NCBI GenBank assembly: GCA_963813715.1
Contig: CAWFAK010000012.1
Span: 96,001-160,000, forward strand
Length of the DNA stretch: 64,000 nt
Direction: 5' to 3'
Origin: an uncultured Planctomycetaceae bacterium
Lineage (GTDB): Bacteria; Planctomycetota; Planctomycetia; Planctomycetales; Planctomycetaceae
Shown here: positions 1-13,469 of the stretch, in pieces
Layout of the letters: each line of letters opens with the position of its first letter
How positions within the stretch are numbered: the first letter of the stretch is position 1
Position numbers and translations under genes: made by a program
Notes under the pieces: generated by a model
Database searches by the model: none
Told to the model about the DNA's origin: nothing
The model's input: only the letters and a program-made list of their open reading frames with translations

Positions 1-1
1 G

Positions 2-1880
2 CCGACGGGCCGCGTGATGCTCGTCAACGGCTGCGACGCGTGGATCGACACGGGGACCGAGCGGCTCGCGCTCTCGAGCCAGCGTTACCTGCCCGACGTC
101 GTCGCACCGGATGCCCGCCCGTCGCTGCGGTCGCTCACCTGCGATCCGTGGCCCACGTGGTTGTGGTCGCACGATTCGCTCAGTGTGTCATGCGAGCTGT
201 TCGTGCCACACGGAATCTCGGCCTGCTTGCTCCGTTGGCAACTGGCGGCGGGGTCAACCGTTCCCGGCGGCCGCCGTCTGCGAGTTGTCGTCCGCCCATT
301 TCTGTCGAGCCGCGACTATCACGGCACGCAACACGAGAATCCGGCCTTTCGCTTCGCCGCCACGCCGCATCCGCTGGGCGTCACCTGGCAACCGTACCAG
401 GGCCTGCCGGCCGTGACCGCCCTCACGAACGGCACGTACCAGGCCGAGTCGTACTGGTATCGCAACTTTCTCTACACGTGTGAGCGGGAGCGGGGCCTCG
501 ATTTCGCCGAGGACCTGGCGTCGCCCGGCACGTTCACGATGGATCTCGAACCGGGGGCCGTGCTGATCTTTGCGGCCGAAGGACACGTCGAGGCGCTGAC
601 CCGTCTTGGAGCCAGCGCGAATGAAATTGCCGGCAATCTGGTCGACAGCGAGCGGCAGCGCCGGGCCGCCTTTGCGAACCGGCTCGCGCGCTCGGCCGAC
701 GCCTACCTGGTGCGGCGCGACGGCCCGGCAACTTCCACCGGTTCGACCGGGAAAACCAAAGCGGATGCGCCCGCCGCCGGCCGCACGATCATCGCCGGCT
801 ACCCCTGGTTTACCGACTGGGGCCGCGACACGTTTATCGCGCTGCGCGGTCTGTGCCTGGCGGGCCGCCGCCTCACCGACGCCGCCGACATTCTCGGCGC
901 ATGGGCGGGCACGATCTCGGAAGGAATGCTGCCCAACCGGTTTCCCGACCTGGGCGCCGCGGCGGAGTACAACTCGGTCGACGCGTCGCTTTGGTACATC
1001 GTCGCGGTCGACGATTTTCTCCAGCGATCGAAGAGCGAGGGTCCCGCCGCGTCGCCCGCGCTTGTCCAACGGCTGCACGACGGCCGTCGGTGCGATCCTC
1101 AACGGCTACCACGACGGCACGCGCTACGGCATTCGCTGCGACGCTGACGGCCTGTTGCGCGCCGGCGTGCCGGGCGAGCAGCTCACCTGGATGGACGTGA
1201 AGATCGGCGACTGGGTCGTCACGCCGCGCATCGGCAAGCCGGTCGAGGTCGCCGCACTGTGGCTAGCCGCACTTAAGATCGGCGCTCAATTCGACAGCCG
1301 CTGGGGCGACGTGTACACACGGGGCCGACAATCGTTCCGCGCACGGTTTTGGAACGAATCGCAAGGCGCGCTCTACGACGTCGTCGACGCCGATCATCAG
1401 GCAGGCACGCTCGACGCGTCGATCCGACCCAATCAGCTCTTCGCGGTCGGCGGTCTGCCCGAAAATCTGCTCGACGCCGGCCAGGCGCGGCGCGTGGTCG
1501 ACCTCGTCGAACAGCGGTTGTGGACGCCGCTCGGGCCGCGGTCGCTCGACCCGGCCGATCCTCGCTACGCACCGCATTACGACGGCCCGCCGAGTCAGCG
1601 CGATCCGGCTTATCATCAGGGAACGGTTTGGCCCTGGTTGGCCGGCGCATTCATCGAAGCCTGGGTCCGCGTTCGCGGCAACTCACCCGAAGCCCGAGCC
1701 CTCGCGCGGACAAAATTCCTCGAACCGCTCCTGCAGCAGCTCGACTCGGCCGGTTTGGGGCACTTGCCCGAAGTCGCGGACGGCGAGCCGCCGCACACGC
1801 CGCGCGGCTGCCCGTTTCAGGCCTGGTCGCTCGGCGAGCTGCTGCGCGTGCAGACGCTGCTCGCGTCGAGCACTCGCTGA
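2..1880 (+). CDS. Glycogen debranching enzyme / amylo-alpha-1,6-glucosidase (5' end outside window; frameshift near 1080)
   Basis: TIIAGYPWFTDWGRDTFI, YNSVDASLW, QLTWMD, RPNQL, AYHQGTVWPW and GCPFQAWS motifs across ORFs 14..1147 and 606..1880. Confidence 0.9.
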
Positions 1881-2130
1881 ACGCCGGCTCGCACCTGCGA
1901 CTGGGTCTCAACGCCCGGCCGAAGGCATGGCTAGTGCCGGTGGCGGCTTCGTGCAAGCTCGCGAGTCGGAGGGCGGGCAAGTCCGCCAGGCGATGTAGCC
2001 CACGTCGAGCGCAGTCTTTGCAAAAAACCACCGGCCGGGTTGCAATGACGCCTTGTCGCATTGCCATGGCGGGTGCGTCGTGGCCGACTTCGTGCAAGTG
2101 CTCGAGTTCACTCGCGGCGGAGGACAGACA

Positions 2131-3026
2131 ATGGAATTGCGACAATTCGGCCGGACCGACATGCGGGTCAGCGTGCTGGGATTCGGCGGCGCCGAGATCG
2201 GGTTCGAGTCGGCCACGCCGGACGACGTGACTGCCATTCTGACGCCGGCCTTCGAGACCGGCCTCAACGTGATCGACACGGCCGAGTGCTATATGGCCAG
2301 CGAGGAACTGATCGGGCAAACCGTCAGCGATCGGCGGAAGCGGTATTACCTGTTCACGAAGTGCGGCCATCCGGAAACCCCGAGCGTCGGCGATTGGCGC
2401 AAGAAATCGCTGCTCGACAGCATCGTCCGCAGCCTGCTGCGACTCAAAACCGATCGCGTGGACTTGATTCACCTGCACACCTGCTCCGAAGACGAACTGC
2501 GCAAGGGTGAAGTCATCGAGGCGCTGCAAGAGGCCCGCGAAAAGGGTTACACGCGCTACATCGGTTACAGCGGCGACAGCTCGGCCGCCCGCTACGCGAT
2601 CGAGAGCGGCGTCTTCGATTCGCTGCAGACCTCGGTCAATATCGCCGACCAGGAGGCCCTCGAGCTGACGTTGCCGCTCGCCCAGCAGAAAAACATGGCG
2701 GTGATCGCCAAGCGGCCGATTGCCAACGCGGCCTGGCGGTATGCCGATAAGCCCCCCAACTCGTATCACGTCGCCTATTGGGAACGGCTGCAAAAGCTGA
2801 ACTATGACTTCTTGAAAGGCGACCCGAAGCAGGCGGCGTCGATCGCCCTGCGGTTCACGCTCAGCGTGCCGGGCGTTCACACGGCCATCGTCGGCACCAA
2901 GAACCCGACGCGCTGGCGGGAGAACGCCGATCTGCTCAACGCCGGCCCGCTGCCTAAAGAGCAATTCGACGCGATTCGCGCCGATGGAAGCAGGTCGCCG
3001 AAAAATCGTGGATCGGGCAGACCTGA
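2131..3026 (+). CDS. Aldo/keto reductase (frameshift near 2980; true end probably ...WKQVAEKSWIGQT*)
   Basis: MELRQFGRTDMRVSVLGFG, IDTAECY..SEELIG, SLLRLKTDRVDLIHLH; GGAGG RBS upstream of ATG 2131. Confidence 0.88.
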
Positions 3027-3169
3027 TCAGAACGTTGGTCGCCAGCCACCCGAAAATTCAGCGAACGCTCCAAGAACCGGCGACTCCAGGCGAATAACAG
3101 CCCGCGGCCCGATTTCCACGGAGGGAAACTCGCGCGCCGCGGCACGCTCCCCTTCACGGAGTCCAGGTG

Positions 3170-3837
3170 ATGGCCACGACCACAACGAAAAAAGGCTACC
3201 GCGGCATGGGCATGGAAGGCCCGGTCGCCCGCTGGTATACGCGGATTACGCGTCCTTCCCTCCCCGAGTTCCAAGCGCTGGCCCGCCGCATCGCCGAGCA
3301 GGTGCCAGCCGGCGGCAGCGTGCTGGAGGTCGCTCCCGGGCCCGGTTATTTCGCGATTGAGCTGGCCAAAATCGGCGGCCGACACGTGACGGGCCTGGAT
3401 ATCAGCCAGACGTTCGTCGAAATCGCGAAAAAGGAAGCCGCTGCTGCGGGCGTCGAGGTCGAGTTTCGCCAGGGCAACGTCTCGGCCATGCCGTTCCCGG
3501 CCGACAGTTTCGACTATTTGCTGTGCCGCGCAGCCTTCAAGAATTTTTCGGACGCGCCGGGGCGCTGGCCGAAATGCATCGAGTGCTCAAGCCGGGCGGC
3601 CGCGCGCTGATCATCGACCTCCGCCGCGACGTCACCCCCGCGGCCATCCGCCGCGAAGTCGAAGGCCTGAAGCTCGGCCGCCTCAACACCTTCATGGTGC
3701 GACAAACGTTTCGCTTCATGCTCATCAAGCGCGCCTACACGAAAGGCGAATTCCGCGAGCTGATCGCCAACAGCCCGTTCCAATCCGGCGACGTGAAAGA
3801 GTCACTGATCGGCGTGGAAATCACGCTGACGAAGTGA
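3170..3837 (+). CDS. Class I SAM-dependent methyltransferase (frameshift near 3555)
   Basis: VLEVAPGPG, GLDIS, MPFPADSFD, then ALAEMHRVLKPGG in the next frame. Confidence 0.85.
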
Positions 3838-3905
3838 GCACACAGGTCGGCCGTCCCTCAGTGGCAGGAGCCGGACAGAAGCGCATCCCGCTCTCCCAGC
3901 GTAAT

Positions 3906-4370
3906 TTACTGCACCGCGTCGAGTTTCCGCCGCTCGAAGCACCGCGATCGGTCGATCAATTCCTGGGCCAGCGGGTGCGTCCCGAGCATGAGGAACCGGA
4001 ACGGCGCCTCGAAGCGAATCGTCTTGCCGAATCGGCACGACGGCTTTAGCCACAGGCCGATGGATTCTGGGTTCGACATGTAGGAGGCGTCCACGTCGAC
4101 GATATTCGCGATCGGAAAGCGATCCTCTTCGCCGCGATGGCGGACGATCAGTTCGTCGCCGTCAATCCAGACTTCATCGACCAGCGGGAAGATAAGCCAC
4201 CACATCAGTACGGCTCCGAATGCCGCCATGCCTGGCGGAATCAAGAGCACCTCCGGCGACACTTTTCCCTCGAACATCAAAGTCGCCATGAGGAGGGCCA
4301 GGAAGCCGAACCAAAACGCGGGGAACGCCTTCTTGTACCACCACGTCATTTTCGACGAGATCAAGCGCAT
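3906..4370 (-). CDS. Hypothetical membrane protein (2 TM plus soluble domain)
   Basis: 154-aa ORF with two hydrophobic helices. Confidence 0.7.
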   Translation of the reverse strand: MRLISSKMTWWYKKAFPAFWFGFLALLMATLMFEGKVSPEVLLIPPGMAAFGAVLMWWLIFPLVDEVWIDGDELIVRHRGEEDRFPIANIVDVDASYMSNPESIGLWLKPSCRFGKTIRFEAPFRFLMLGTHPLAQELIDRSRCFERRKLDAVQ

Positions 4371-4478
4371 CGGCAGCTCTCAGTGCTCATCGTTCCGATG
4401 CGTTGAGCGTGTCACCGCTCGAATCACCCCGCGAGGGGCATCCCGGCAAACGTCCCAAGACCGCCGGCGGTCACTCGA

Positions 4479-5363
4479 CTAGTACAGCGCCGTCGCCAGC
4501 TTGCGGCGGTAGGTGCCGACGAGTTCGGAGCCGGCGCCCAGCGTGTCGAAGATGCGGATCATGGTGTTCTTCGCCTCGACGCCGACGCCCGCTTTGTCCT
4601 TGTGGATGATGTCCAGCAGGATCTGCAGCGCCTCTTCGTGGCGGTTGGCGACGGCCAGCGCGTCGGACAGCTTGAGTTGTAAATTGAGGTCCGAGGGCGC
4701 GGCGGCGGCCGACTTGCGGGCTTCGTCGAGCGGGCCGGCTTCGGCCGCAGCAGCCCGCAGCTCCAGCTGGGACTTCACCTTCTCGGCCTCGGGCTCGAGG
4801 TAGCCGCGCGATTCGAGGTCGGCGATGATCTTCCGCGATTCGTCATCGAGATTGAGCTTGAGCAGCACGCGGGCCAGCGCGATCTTGATGAACGCGTTCT
4901 CCGGATCGAGCGCGGACGCCTCGCGATAGGCGGCCATCGCGGCCTTTGCGTCAGTTGCTTCCAGCTCCTGACCCTTTTTGAGCAGCTCCTCCGCCTTCGA
5001 CGGCAGGAGTGAATTGAGCCATTCGCGGAGTTTTTCCTCCGGGTGGACGCCCATGAACTCGCTGACCACCTGCTGATCGCGCAGGGCGACCACGTAGGGG
5101 ATCGACTGCACCTGGAACGCTTGCGCCACCTCCGGGTTCTCGTCGATGTTGATCTTCACCAGCTGAAAGCGGCCGGCGAATTCGTTCGTCAGCTTTTCCA
5201 GGATGGGCGTCAGCTGTCGGCACGGAGCGCACCAGGGAGCCCAGAAATCGACGACCACGGGCCGCTGATCCGACGCGCGAATCACGTCGGCCTCGAATTT
5301 CGGCGTCGTCGTTTCGGAAATCCACGGTGACGATGCGGCCACGGCTGTGCGCTCCCGAATCAT
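4479..5363 (-). CDS. ybbN: Thioredoxin-TPR co-chaperone (YbbN/CnoX family)
   Basis: VDFWAPWCAPC thioredoxin domain, TPR-like helices, C-terminal YRRKLATALY. Confidence 0.88.
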   Translation of the reverse strand: MIRERTAVAASSPWISETTTPKFEADVIRASDQRPVVVDFWAPWCAPCRQLTPILEKLTNEFAGRFQLVKINIDENPEVAQAFQVQSIPYVVALRDQQVVSEFMGVHPEEKLREWLNSLLPSKAEELLKKGQELEATDAKAAMAAYREASALDPENAFIKIALARVLLKLNLDDESRKIIADLESRGYLEPEAEKVKSQLELRAAAAEAGPLDEARKSAAAAPSDLNLQLKLSDALAVANRHEEALQILLDIIHKDKAGVGVEAKNTMIRIFDTLGAGSELVGTYRRKLATALY

Positions 5364-5732
5364 TGCCGAGCAGGCGATGTTGAACGTCAGACTCGAAAGT
5401 CAGTGTAGAGAATGCCGCGTCGCCCCCGCCACTGCGAAGCCTCGTCGGGTGTGACCAGCTCGCGAAGCGAGCGCCGGCACACCATCTTTTCAACCGACGC
5501 TGCCGCGCAGGCTCGATGTTGCCAAAAGGCAACACGGCACCCCAATTGATTTTTCGCGAACAATGCGCCGCCCGGCGCGACCGACGTCGGGCCGTCCTTG
5601 CCCTACAACCGGCCAGAACGCTTCGCGATCGGCAATCTGCCGACGGCCGAACCCCTGCCGCGAACGGCAACCGACGGGCCATGCCGCCGCGCCCCATACT
5701 TGGACCTAAGACTCGGGACACGCACGCGCTGC

Positions 5733-6447
5733 GTGACCTGTCCCGTGCTCGTCTGTTTCATTCTGCTCGGTTGTTTCACTCTGACTGTGGCGAAGAGCCG
5801 TGCGCATTGCACCGATTGGCGCCGGCATGGAGGCGTGGCACTCGCAACCCTTGTTTGAGCTGCGGCCGGCCGCAATCCGCGAGCGGGCCCTGCCGCCGCC
5901 GTTCGCCTGCGCCCCGTGCCAGCCATGGGCCCGCGATTTCTTCCGCGGTCTCCCCCGCTTCTGCTTGTTGCCCTTGTCCGGCCCATTTGAATGCCGTTGC
6001 GGCCTCTTAGGCTGCCGCTGCTTCCCGTTTGTGTGCTGCTTTCCGTTCGATCGGTGCTTTCCGATCGAGCGCTGCTTTCCGTTTGGCCCCTGTTTTCCGT
6101 TCGGTCCGGGGGAATGCTGCGGTCCGTTCAGCTGGTGGTGCGGGCCGTTCTGGTGGGGCGAGCGCTGCTGCGGACCGTTCGAGTCCTGCTGCGGGCCGCT
6201 TGACTTCTGGTGTGCCGAGTGCTGTCGCGGCCCGTTTGCCTGTTGCGGTCCCTGCTGGTGCGGGCCGTGTGCTTGCGGCGGCGGCTATTGCTGCTTGGAC
6301 GGCTGCCCGTCGATCGAAACGATCCTGCTCGAGCGGGCCAAAGCCGGTGTGCTGACGCGGATGCTCCACTTCGACTGGCAGCTCAAGCATGGCAATCGCG
6401 TGTCGCACGGGCTGAACGCGGGAGTCGTGCTCGACGTCAGAGCGTAG
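5733..6447 (+). CDS. Cys/Pro/Phe/Trp-rich repeat protein, possibly secreted (probable frameshift near 5805 joining a signal-like peptide to ORF 5800..6447)
   Basis: 31 Cys in ORF 5800..6447; high GC at third codon positions on +; hydrophobic VTCPVLVCFILLGCFTLTVAKSRA in the adjacent frame. Confidence 0.6.
6016..6105 (+). repeat. Five imperfect 18-bp tandem repeats encoding x-C-F-P-F/I-x
   Basis: cgctgcttcccgtttgtg / tgctgctttccgttcgat / cggtgctttccgatcgag / cgctgctttccgtttggc / ccctgttttccgttcggt. Confidence 0.85.
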
Positions 6448-6492
6448 CGCGGGGCGTGAAGGGCCAGCTGGCGCTCTACGATGCGCAGCCGG

Positions 6493-6936
6493 TTACGAGC
6501 TCGACGAGTCGTCCGACAACAGCCGCACGTCGCTGCTGCTCTGGGCCGAGTCGACCGGCTCGAAATCTTCCGCCGACAGCTCCTGCGGGTTGATTTCGAC
6601 GGTTTCCTCGTCGACCCCAATGCTCTCATCATCGTCCTCGCCGGGGATGCTCGGCCCCAGGTGGACGCGGAACTTGATGCTGGCGAAGGCCAGCTCGTCG
6701 CCCGGCAGCAAAGCGCCACGGGTGACTCGTTGGCCGTTGACCTTGGTGCCGTTGGTGCTGGCCAGATCGCGGATGAAGAGCAGCCCGTCGGTCTTGGAGA
6801 TCAGGCACTGCAGCTTGGAGACGCTCGCCGATTCGATGGCCAGATCGCACAGCTCGCGGCTGCGCCCGACGATGGTAACGTCCCGCGTGATGGTATAGGC
6901 TGCCCCGCCGTCGACTGGGATCAATTTGGCTTGCAT
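6493..6936 (-). CDS. FHA domain protein with acidic tail
   Basis: IVGRS...VSKLQC...DLASTNGTKVNG...LLPGDELAF. Confidence 0.9.
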   Translation of the reverse strand: MQAKLIPVDGGAAYTITRDVTIVGRSRELCDLAIESASVSKLQCLISKTDGLLFIRDLASTNGTKVNGQRVTRGALLPGDELAFASIKFRVHLGPSIPGEDDDESIGVDEETVEINPQELSAEDFEPVDSAQSSSDVRLLSDDSSSS

Positions 6937-7222
6937 GCACTCCACATCCGCTCGGTACGAAATCCGCAGCGTCCGAACCTGCAGCGTCTGAATCTGCAAT
7001 CGGGGCGTCCGGCTGCCCGCGCAACACTCCTTATTCGGCAATCAAAGGGAGGGCGTCCAGTCGATTTCGCGCGTGAGATGGGCGCTGGTTGCGCGGCCTC
7101 ATCTTCGATTGTCCGCAACCGGGAGTCGAAGTCAAGCCGGCCCCCAGCGGGCTTTTCGTAAAACCTTGTAATTAAAAAGCTTGCGATGTTCCCGCCGGGC
7201 GAGAACGGGGCCGGCCCGTGCC

Positions 7223-7251
7223 TTGACGACCGCGCGCGGCGCTGCTAGGTT
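7223..7251 (+). promoter_or_regulatory. Putative sigma-70 promoter for ppdK
   Basis: TTGACG-17 nt-TAGGTT, preceded by TG (extended -10). Confidence 0.5.
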
Positions 7252-7479
7252 TCGTCCCGGCACAACCGACGGGAGCCAGGTTCGTCGGCCTCGCTGCGGA
7301 CCCCTGCTCGGGCTTCCTGAGCTCGAGTCTTCGCATCCGGTCGCAAGCTGCGCACTGCGCCCAGGACCGACGCCGAACAGACGGCCTCCGACCGCCGCCC
7401 TCGGACGCGGCCCCGTCGCTGAACCTGCCGGGGCTGGCCCGTCGACGGGCGCCCCACGACGAGCCACAAAGGTTGCAAC

Positions 7480-10232
<2,753 letters not shown>

Positions 10233-10281
10233 TTGAGCGCGAGCTTCTTGCTGAAAGCCATCGTGCGACGCGGAGAGCCTG

Positions 10282-10536
10282 TCAAGATCTCTGCCTGGAG
10301 GCCAAGCACAACGTGGCGAAGACTCCCGAGCCGAAAATCAGCACGAGGCCGATCGCCGTCGGCTTGAAGTGTTCGTTTGCGATGCCGTAGATCGAGATCG
10401 CGATCCCGCAAAGTGCCAATGCGGCGGCAGTACAAACGATGTAGTCGACAACGGTTTTCCCCCGCCAACTAAGACGGGTATCGCCTCCCGATTATTCCGG
10501 TCAGCCTCTGGGATTTCTTGGTTCCGGTCCGCCCAT
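10282..10536 (-). pseudogene. Small 2-TM membrane protein gene with a disrupted 5' end (not in the ORF track)
   Basis: Reverse strand reads RLSWRGKTVVDYIVCTAAALALCGIAISIYGIANEHFKPTAIGLVLIFGSGVFATLCLASRQRS*; ATG at 10536 is in frame but followed by two stops. Confidence 0.5.
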
Positions 10537-10540
10537 GGGT

Positions 10541-10649
10541 TTGCGCTGAGACCTACGGTTCGCCTTCGAACAGCTCCTGCCGCTGCTTGTTCTCTTGCTC
10601 GCCGAGCTCTTTGGCGTTGATGGCGCCGGCGCGTTGGAGCATTTGCCAC
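10541..10649 (-). repeat. 109-bp direct copy of the 3' end and stop region of the Ser/Thr kinase gene (15071..15179)
   Basis: 105/109 identical; encodes WQMLQRAGAINAKELGEQENKQRQELFEGEP*. Confidence 0.95.
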
Positions 10650-10733
10650 TGCTCGGAAACAATTTGCGATTCGCCTCGCCGCGCGGCACAATTCCTCAAT
10701 CTGTCGAAGTTCCTCGCGGAGTTGAGCGAAACC

Positions 10734-11998
10734 ATGGTCGCGCCCTCTCAGAGCCCGGCGGAACCGACCGCATCCGACAACATCGAGCTCCCCGAAGAGC
10801 TGCGGGCCCCGCCTCCGCGCGAAATCCCCGAGGCGATCAAACAGGGGCGGCTCTATCTCAAAAATCGAGCCATGAGTTGGACCCTGGCGGTGTTGGGGAT
10901 GGCCTGCGTGCTTGGCGATGGATTGCCGTTTATCCAAACATTGGCGCTTTATTTTTTGCCGCTTGAGTATTTGCTTTGGATTGGAATCGGACTGTGCGCT
11001 TGTGCGGCCTACGCTTATCTCGGGCCGCGTGAACTGAGGCGGGCGAAACAGTACATCGAGCAAGGCGAGGCGGCGTTCGGCCGGGTGACCAGCCTCGTCA
11101 AGACGCCGACAATGGTGCAGCACGGCCGGGCCGTATCCTTCGCCATCGTCGCCAACGTGCGACTGCGGAACCCCGAGAGCGGCGTCGACTGCCTGCGCGA
11201 GATGAAAAGCCGCAGCTTCGTGAACAAAGCGAAGCAGGTGCGATTTCGAGTGGGAGACCTCGTTCCGGTGGTTTGGTTCCCGGGAAAGTTCGAGCGCACG
11301 GCCCAGATCTATGATTTCCTGGAAGTTATGCCGGGACATGATCTTCGCGATGAGTCCACGCCGAAGCCCCTTTGGATGTTGATTGGGATAGCCGTCCTGT
11401 TGCCGCTCTTTTTCTTCGTTCTTGCCTGGAACGCCTATGCGATGGGGCGCATGAACCGATCGAGTTCACCGTGCGGCAGGGGATTTTGCCGTTTGGCGTC
11501 GGAGGCAGCGTCGCCTTTGCAATCATGGTTTGGATCGGCGTCGTTCAGCTCGCCAAGCGGAGGGAAATGAGGCGGCGAAACGCCGAGGCGGTCGCCACCG
11601 GCGGGATCGTGGAAGTCGAGGCCAAGCGAGGCGTGCGCACCAAAGCCGTGCAGTGGGTGCTCCTGCCGATCGGCGCCGTTTTGATTGGCGGCATGTCGTC
11701 ACTCAGCCTCTGCTACGGCGCCAACGCCCTCTTCGACAAGTCAGCGGCCAGGCCTGTTTCGATCTTCGTCACCGAAATGATTCAGGAAACGCACGAAGGG
11801 ATCTTCCGCGAGTACAAATTGAAATATCGTCGCGCCCAAGACCCAGAAGTGCATACTTTGATGACGACGCCCCAGCACCTTTCGGAGTTCAAGGTGCCAT
11901 TCGGGGTTGCGCAGGTGCGTTCCGGCTGGCTGGGGTGGCCTTGGGTCGAGACGGTTGACCCAGCGGCAGTCGCGCCGCCGGGACCAGGACAGAAGTGA
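10734..11998 (+). CDS. Hypothetical multi-pass membrane protein (frameshift near 11450)
   Basis: ORFs 10518..11570 and 11372..11998 with several hydrophobic helices; looks lower in GC than flanking genes. Confidence 0.7.
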
Positions 11999-12075
11999 AC
12001 AAGGCTGTCGGGCAGGCCGTGAGTCTGCCGGAGGGTTGGGTCGGTGGTCGCTGTTGCCCGGGTAAACCACAGCCT

Positions 12076-12105
12076 GCCGCAGCGCAAGCGGCGCTCGCGA
12101 AGTAA
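12076..12105 (+). repeat. 30-bp relic copy of the ppdK 3' end (10203..10232)
   Basis: gcc gca gcg caa gcg gcg ctc gcg aag taa vs gcg gcg gcg cag gcg gcg ctc gcg aag tga; both encode AAAQAALAK*, all 4 differences synonymous. Confidence 0.8.
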
Positions 12106-12129
12106 CGATAGCGCCGTTCGCGAACCAAC

Positions 12130-12166
12130 CCCGGCGAGCCGCCCGCGTGAGCTGGCGGGTGCTTCG
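12130..12166 (+). repeat. REP-like element (left arm of an inverted pair)
   Basis: cccggcgagccgcccgcgtgagctggcgggtgcttcg; 35/37 match to the reverse complement of 13420..13456. Confidence 0.85.
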
Positions 12167-12179
12167 TTCTGCCTCCTGC

Positions 12180-13373
12180 TCAGTGCGTGACTTTCAAATT
12201 GGGCACGGCGCGGATGAGCGATTTGACCCCGGCCACCGTCACGTCGGTGCCCTTGAGCGTCAGTTTCCGCAGCGCGGTCAAACCGGCCAGCGCCGCCAGG
12301 CCCCGATCCGTGATGGAAGAATTGGTTAGATCAACTGCGCGGAGCGTGGTCTTCCAGACCTCCAAGTGGTTCTGTAGCCCAAGCAGCTGAAAGTCGCTCA
12401 ACCGATGCGTGAAAAGAATCTCGATCAGCTTTCCGTTGTCGTCGAAAAACAGGGCACCGCCAGCATTCGTGATTGCCAACTGGGACAGGCTCTCGGCATG
12501 AGACAGATGGGTCACCTGCAGCTGAGGCAAAGCCTTCCTAAGGCTGGCGACGCCCGCGTCCGTGACGTCGGTGTCCGAGACCACCAAGAGCGCCAGGTGA
12601 GTCATGTTTTTCAAATGCATGAGCCCGGCATCGGTAATCGCGGTCCCCTTGAGGTTGATTTGCTCGATATTGTTGATTCCTTGCAGCGAGGCCAGACCCC
12701 CGTCAGTCACCTTGGGGCCACGCAGATGCAAGCCGGTCACCGAGCTCAGAACTTTGATCTTTGGGGCGATCTTCGTCAGCAGCGCATCGCCCTTTGATTC
12801 GTCCACTTTGACATAATTCCTGGCCGGTCCCGGTTGCGTCTCATCGGAATCCGCTTCTCCGCCCAGGTCCCGAATCGCCAAAATCGCTCGGGCATCTCGG
12901 ACTCTCGTGAGCGCGGCGGCGGACGTGTCACGGTCCAGGGTGAACACGCAGTACCATCCACCCGCGCCAGCTTTGGCCGAAAAGTCTCTGCCCCGCGCTC
13001 CTTGGTCGATCCGCAACCTGAGCCGATTCTCGTCGAACGCGTAAATGCCGCGAAAAATCAGTTGAACCGGCCGGTTTTGACCGGCGCCTCCCATCACAAC
13101 CGTCCGAGATAGATCGATTTGCTTGGGATCCTTCGCAGAATCAACCGTGTAGGAGAACTCAACGCCCGGGTCTGGCACCGACAGGAACAAAACCTTGTCC
13201 CCCTCGAACGCCAGTTGCACGCGCAGCATGGCGACGCGGGACTCGGCGGGGCAATCCACGTTGGTGACGCGCCAGATGCCCTGCAGCCGCTTTGGGTCCT
13301 CAGCAACCCGCGTCGTCTGCGCCCAGGCTGACGCACTGCTCAGAAGTAGGATGGCGGCAATCGTCCGGAACAC
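12180..13373 (-). CDS. Secreted TIGR03067-like domain plus leucine-rich-repeat protein
   Basis: Signal peptide, LQGIWRV...KDPKQIDL...GIYAFDENRLRL, LRR units VTDGGLASL / ITDAGLMHL / VTDAGVASL / ITDRGLAAL. Confidence 0.8.
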   Translation of the reverse strand: MFRTIAAILLLSSASAWAQTTRVAEDPKRLQGIWRVTNVDCPAESRVAMLRVQLAFEGDKVLFLSVPDPGVEFSYTVDSAKDPKQIDLSRTVVMGGAGQNRPVQLIFRGIYAFDENRLRLRIDQGARGRDFSAKAGAGGWYCVFTLDRDTSAAALTRVRDARAILAIRDLGGEADSDETQPGPARNYVKVDESKGDALLTKIAPKIKVLSSVTGLHLRGPKVTDGGLASLQGINNIEQINLKGTAITDAGLMHLKNMTHLALLVVSDTDVTDAGVASLRKALPQLQVTHLSHAESLSQLAITNAGGALFFDDNGKLIEILFTHRLSDFQLLGLQNHLEVWKTTLRAVDLTNSSITDRGLAALAGLTALRKLTLKGTDVTVAGVKSLIRAVPNLKVTH

Positions 13374-13419
13374 TACCGATCCTTTACGCGCCACGCAGTC
13401 GCCGGACCGCACGAAAGCT

Positions 13420-13456
13420 CGAAGCACCCGCCAGTTCACGCTGGCGGCTCGCCGGG
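13420..13456 (-). repeat. REP-like element (right arm of the inverted pair)
   Basis: cgaagcacccgccagttcacgctggcggctcgccggg. Confidence 0.85.
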
Positions 13457-13469
13457 CGAACACCGTAGG

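Noticed and set aside
6016..6270. CRISPR-like array
   Set aside because: Units are contiguous, in-frame and degenerate, with no spacers and no cas genes.
5700..6284. Minus-strand Q/H/N/G/K-rich repeat frame (NGPQQ, NGKQ) as an extension of the FHA gene
   Set aside because: The FHA ORF stops at 6493, this frame has a stop at 6285 and no start, and third-position GC favours the + strand.
7255..7479. Riboswitch in the roughly 220-nt ppdK leader (aaccgacgggagc recalls ZMP/ZTP)
   Set aside because: The other conserved elements (GACUGGCG, CGCCUGGG) are not present. An Rfam scan would be needed.
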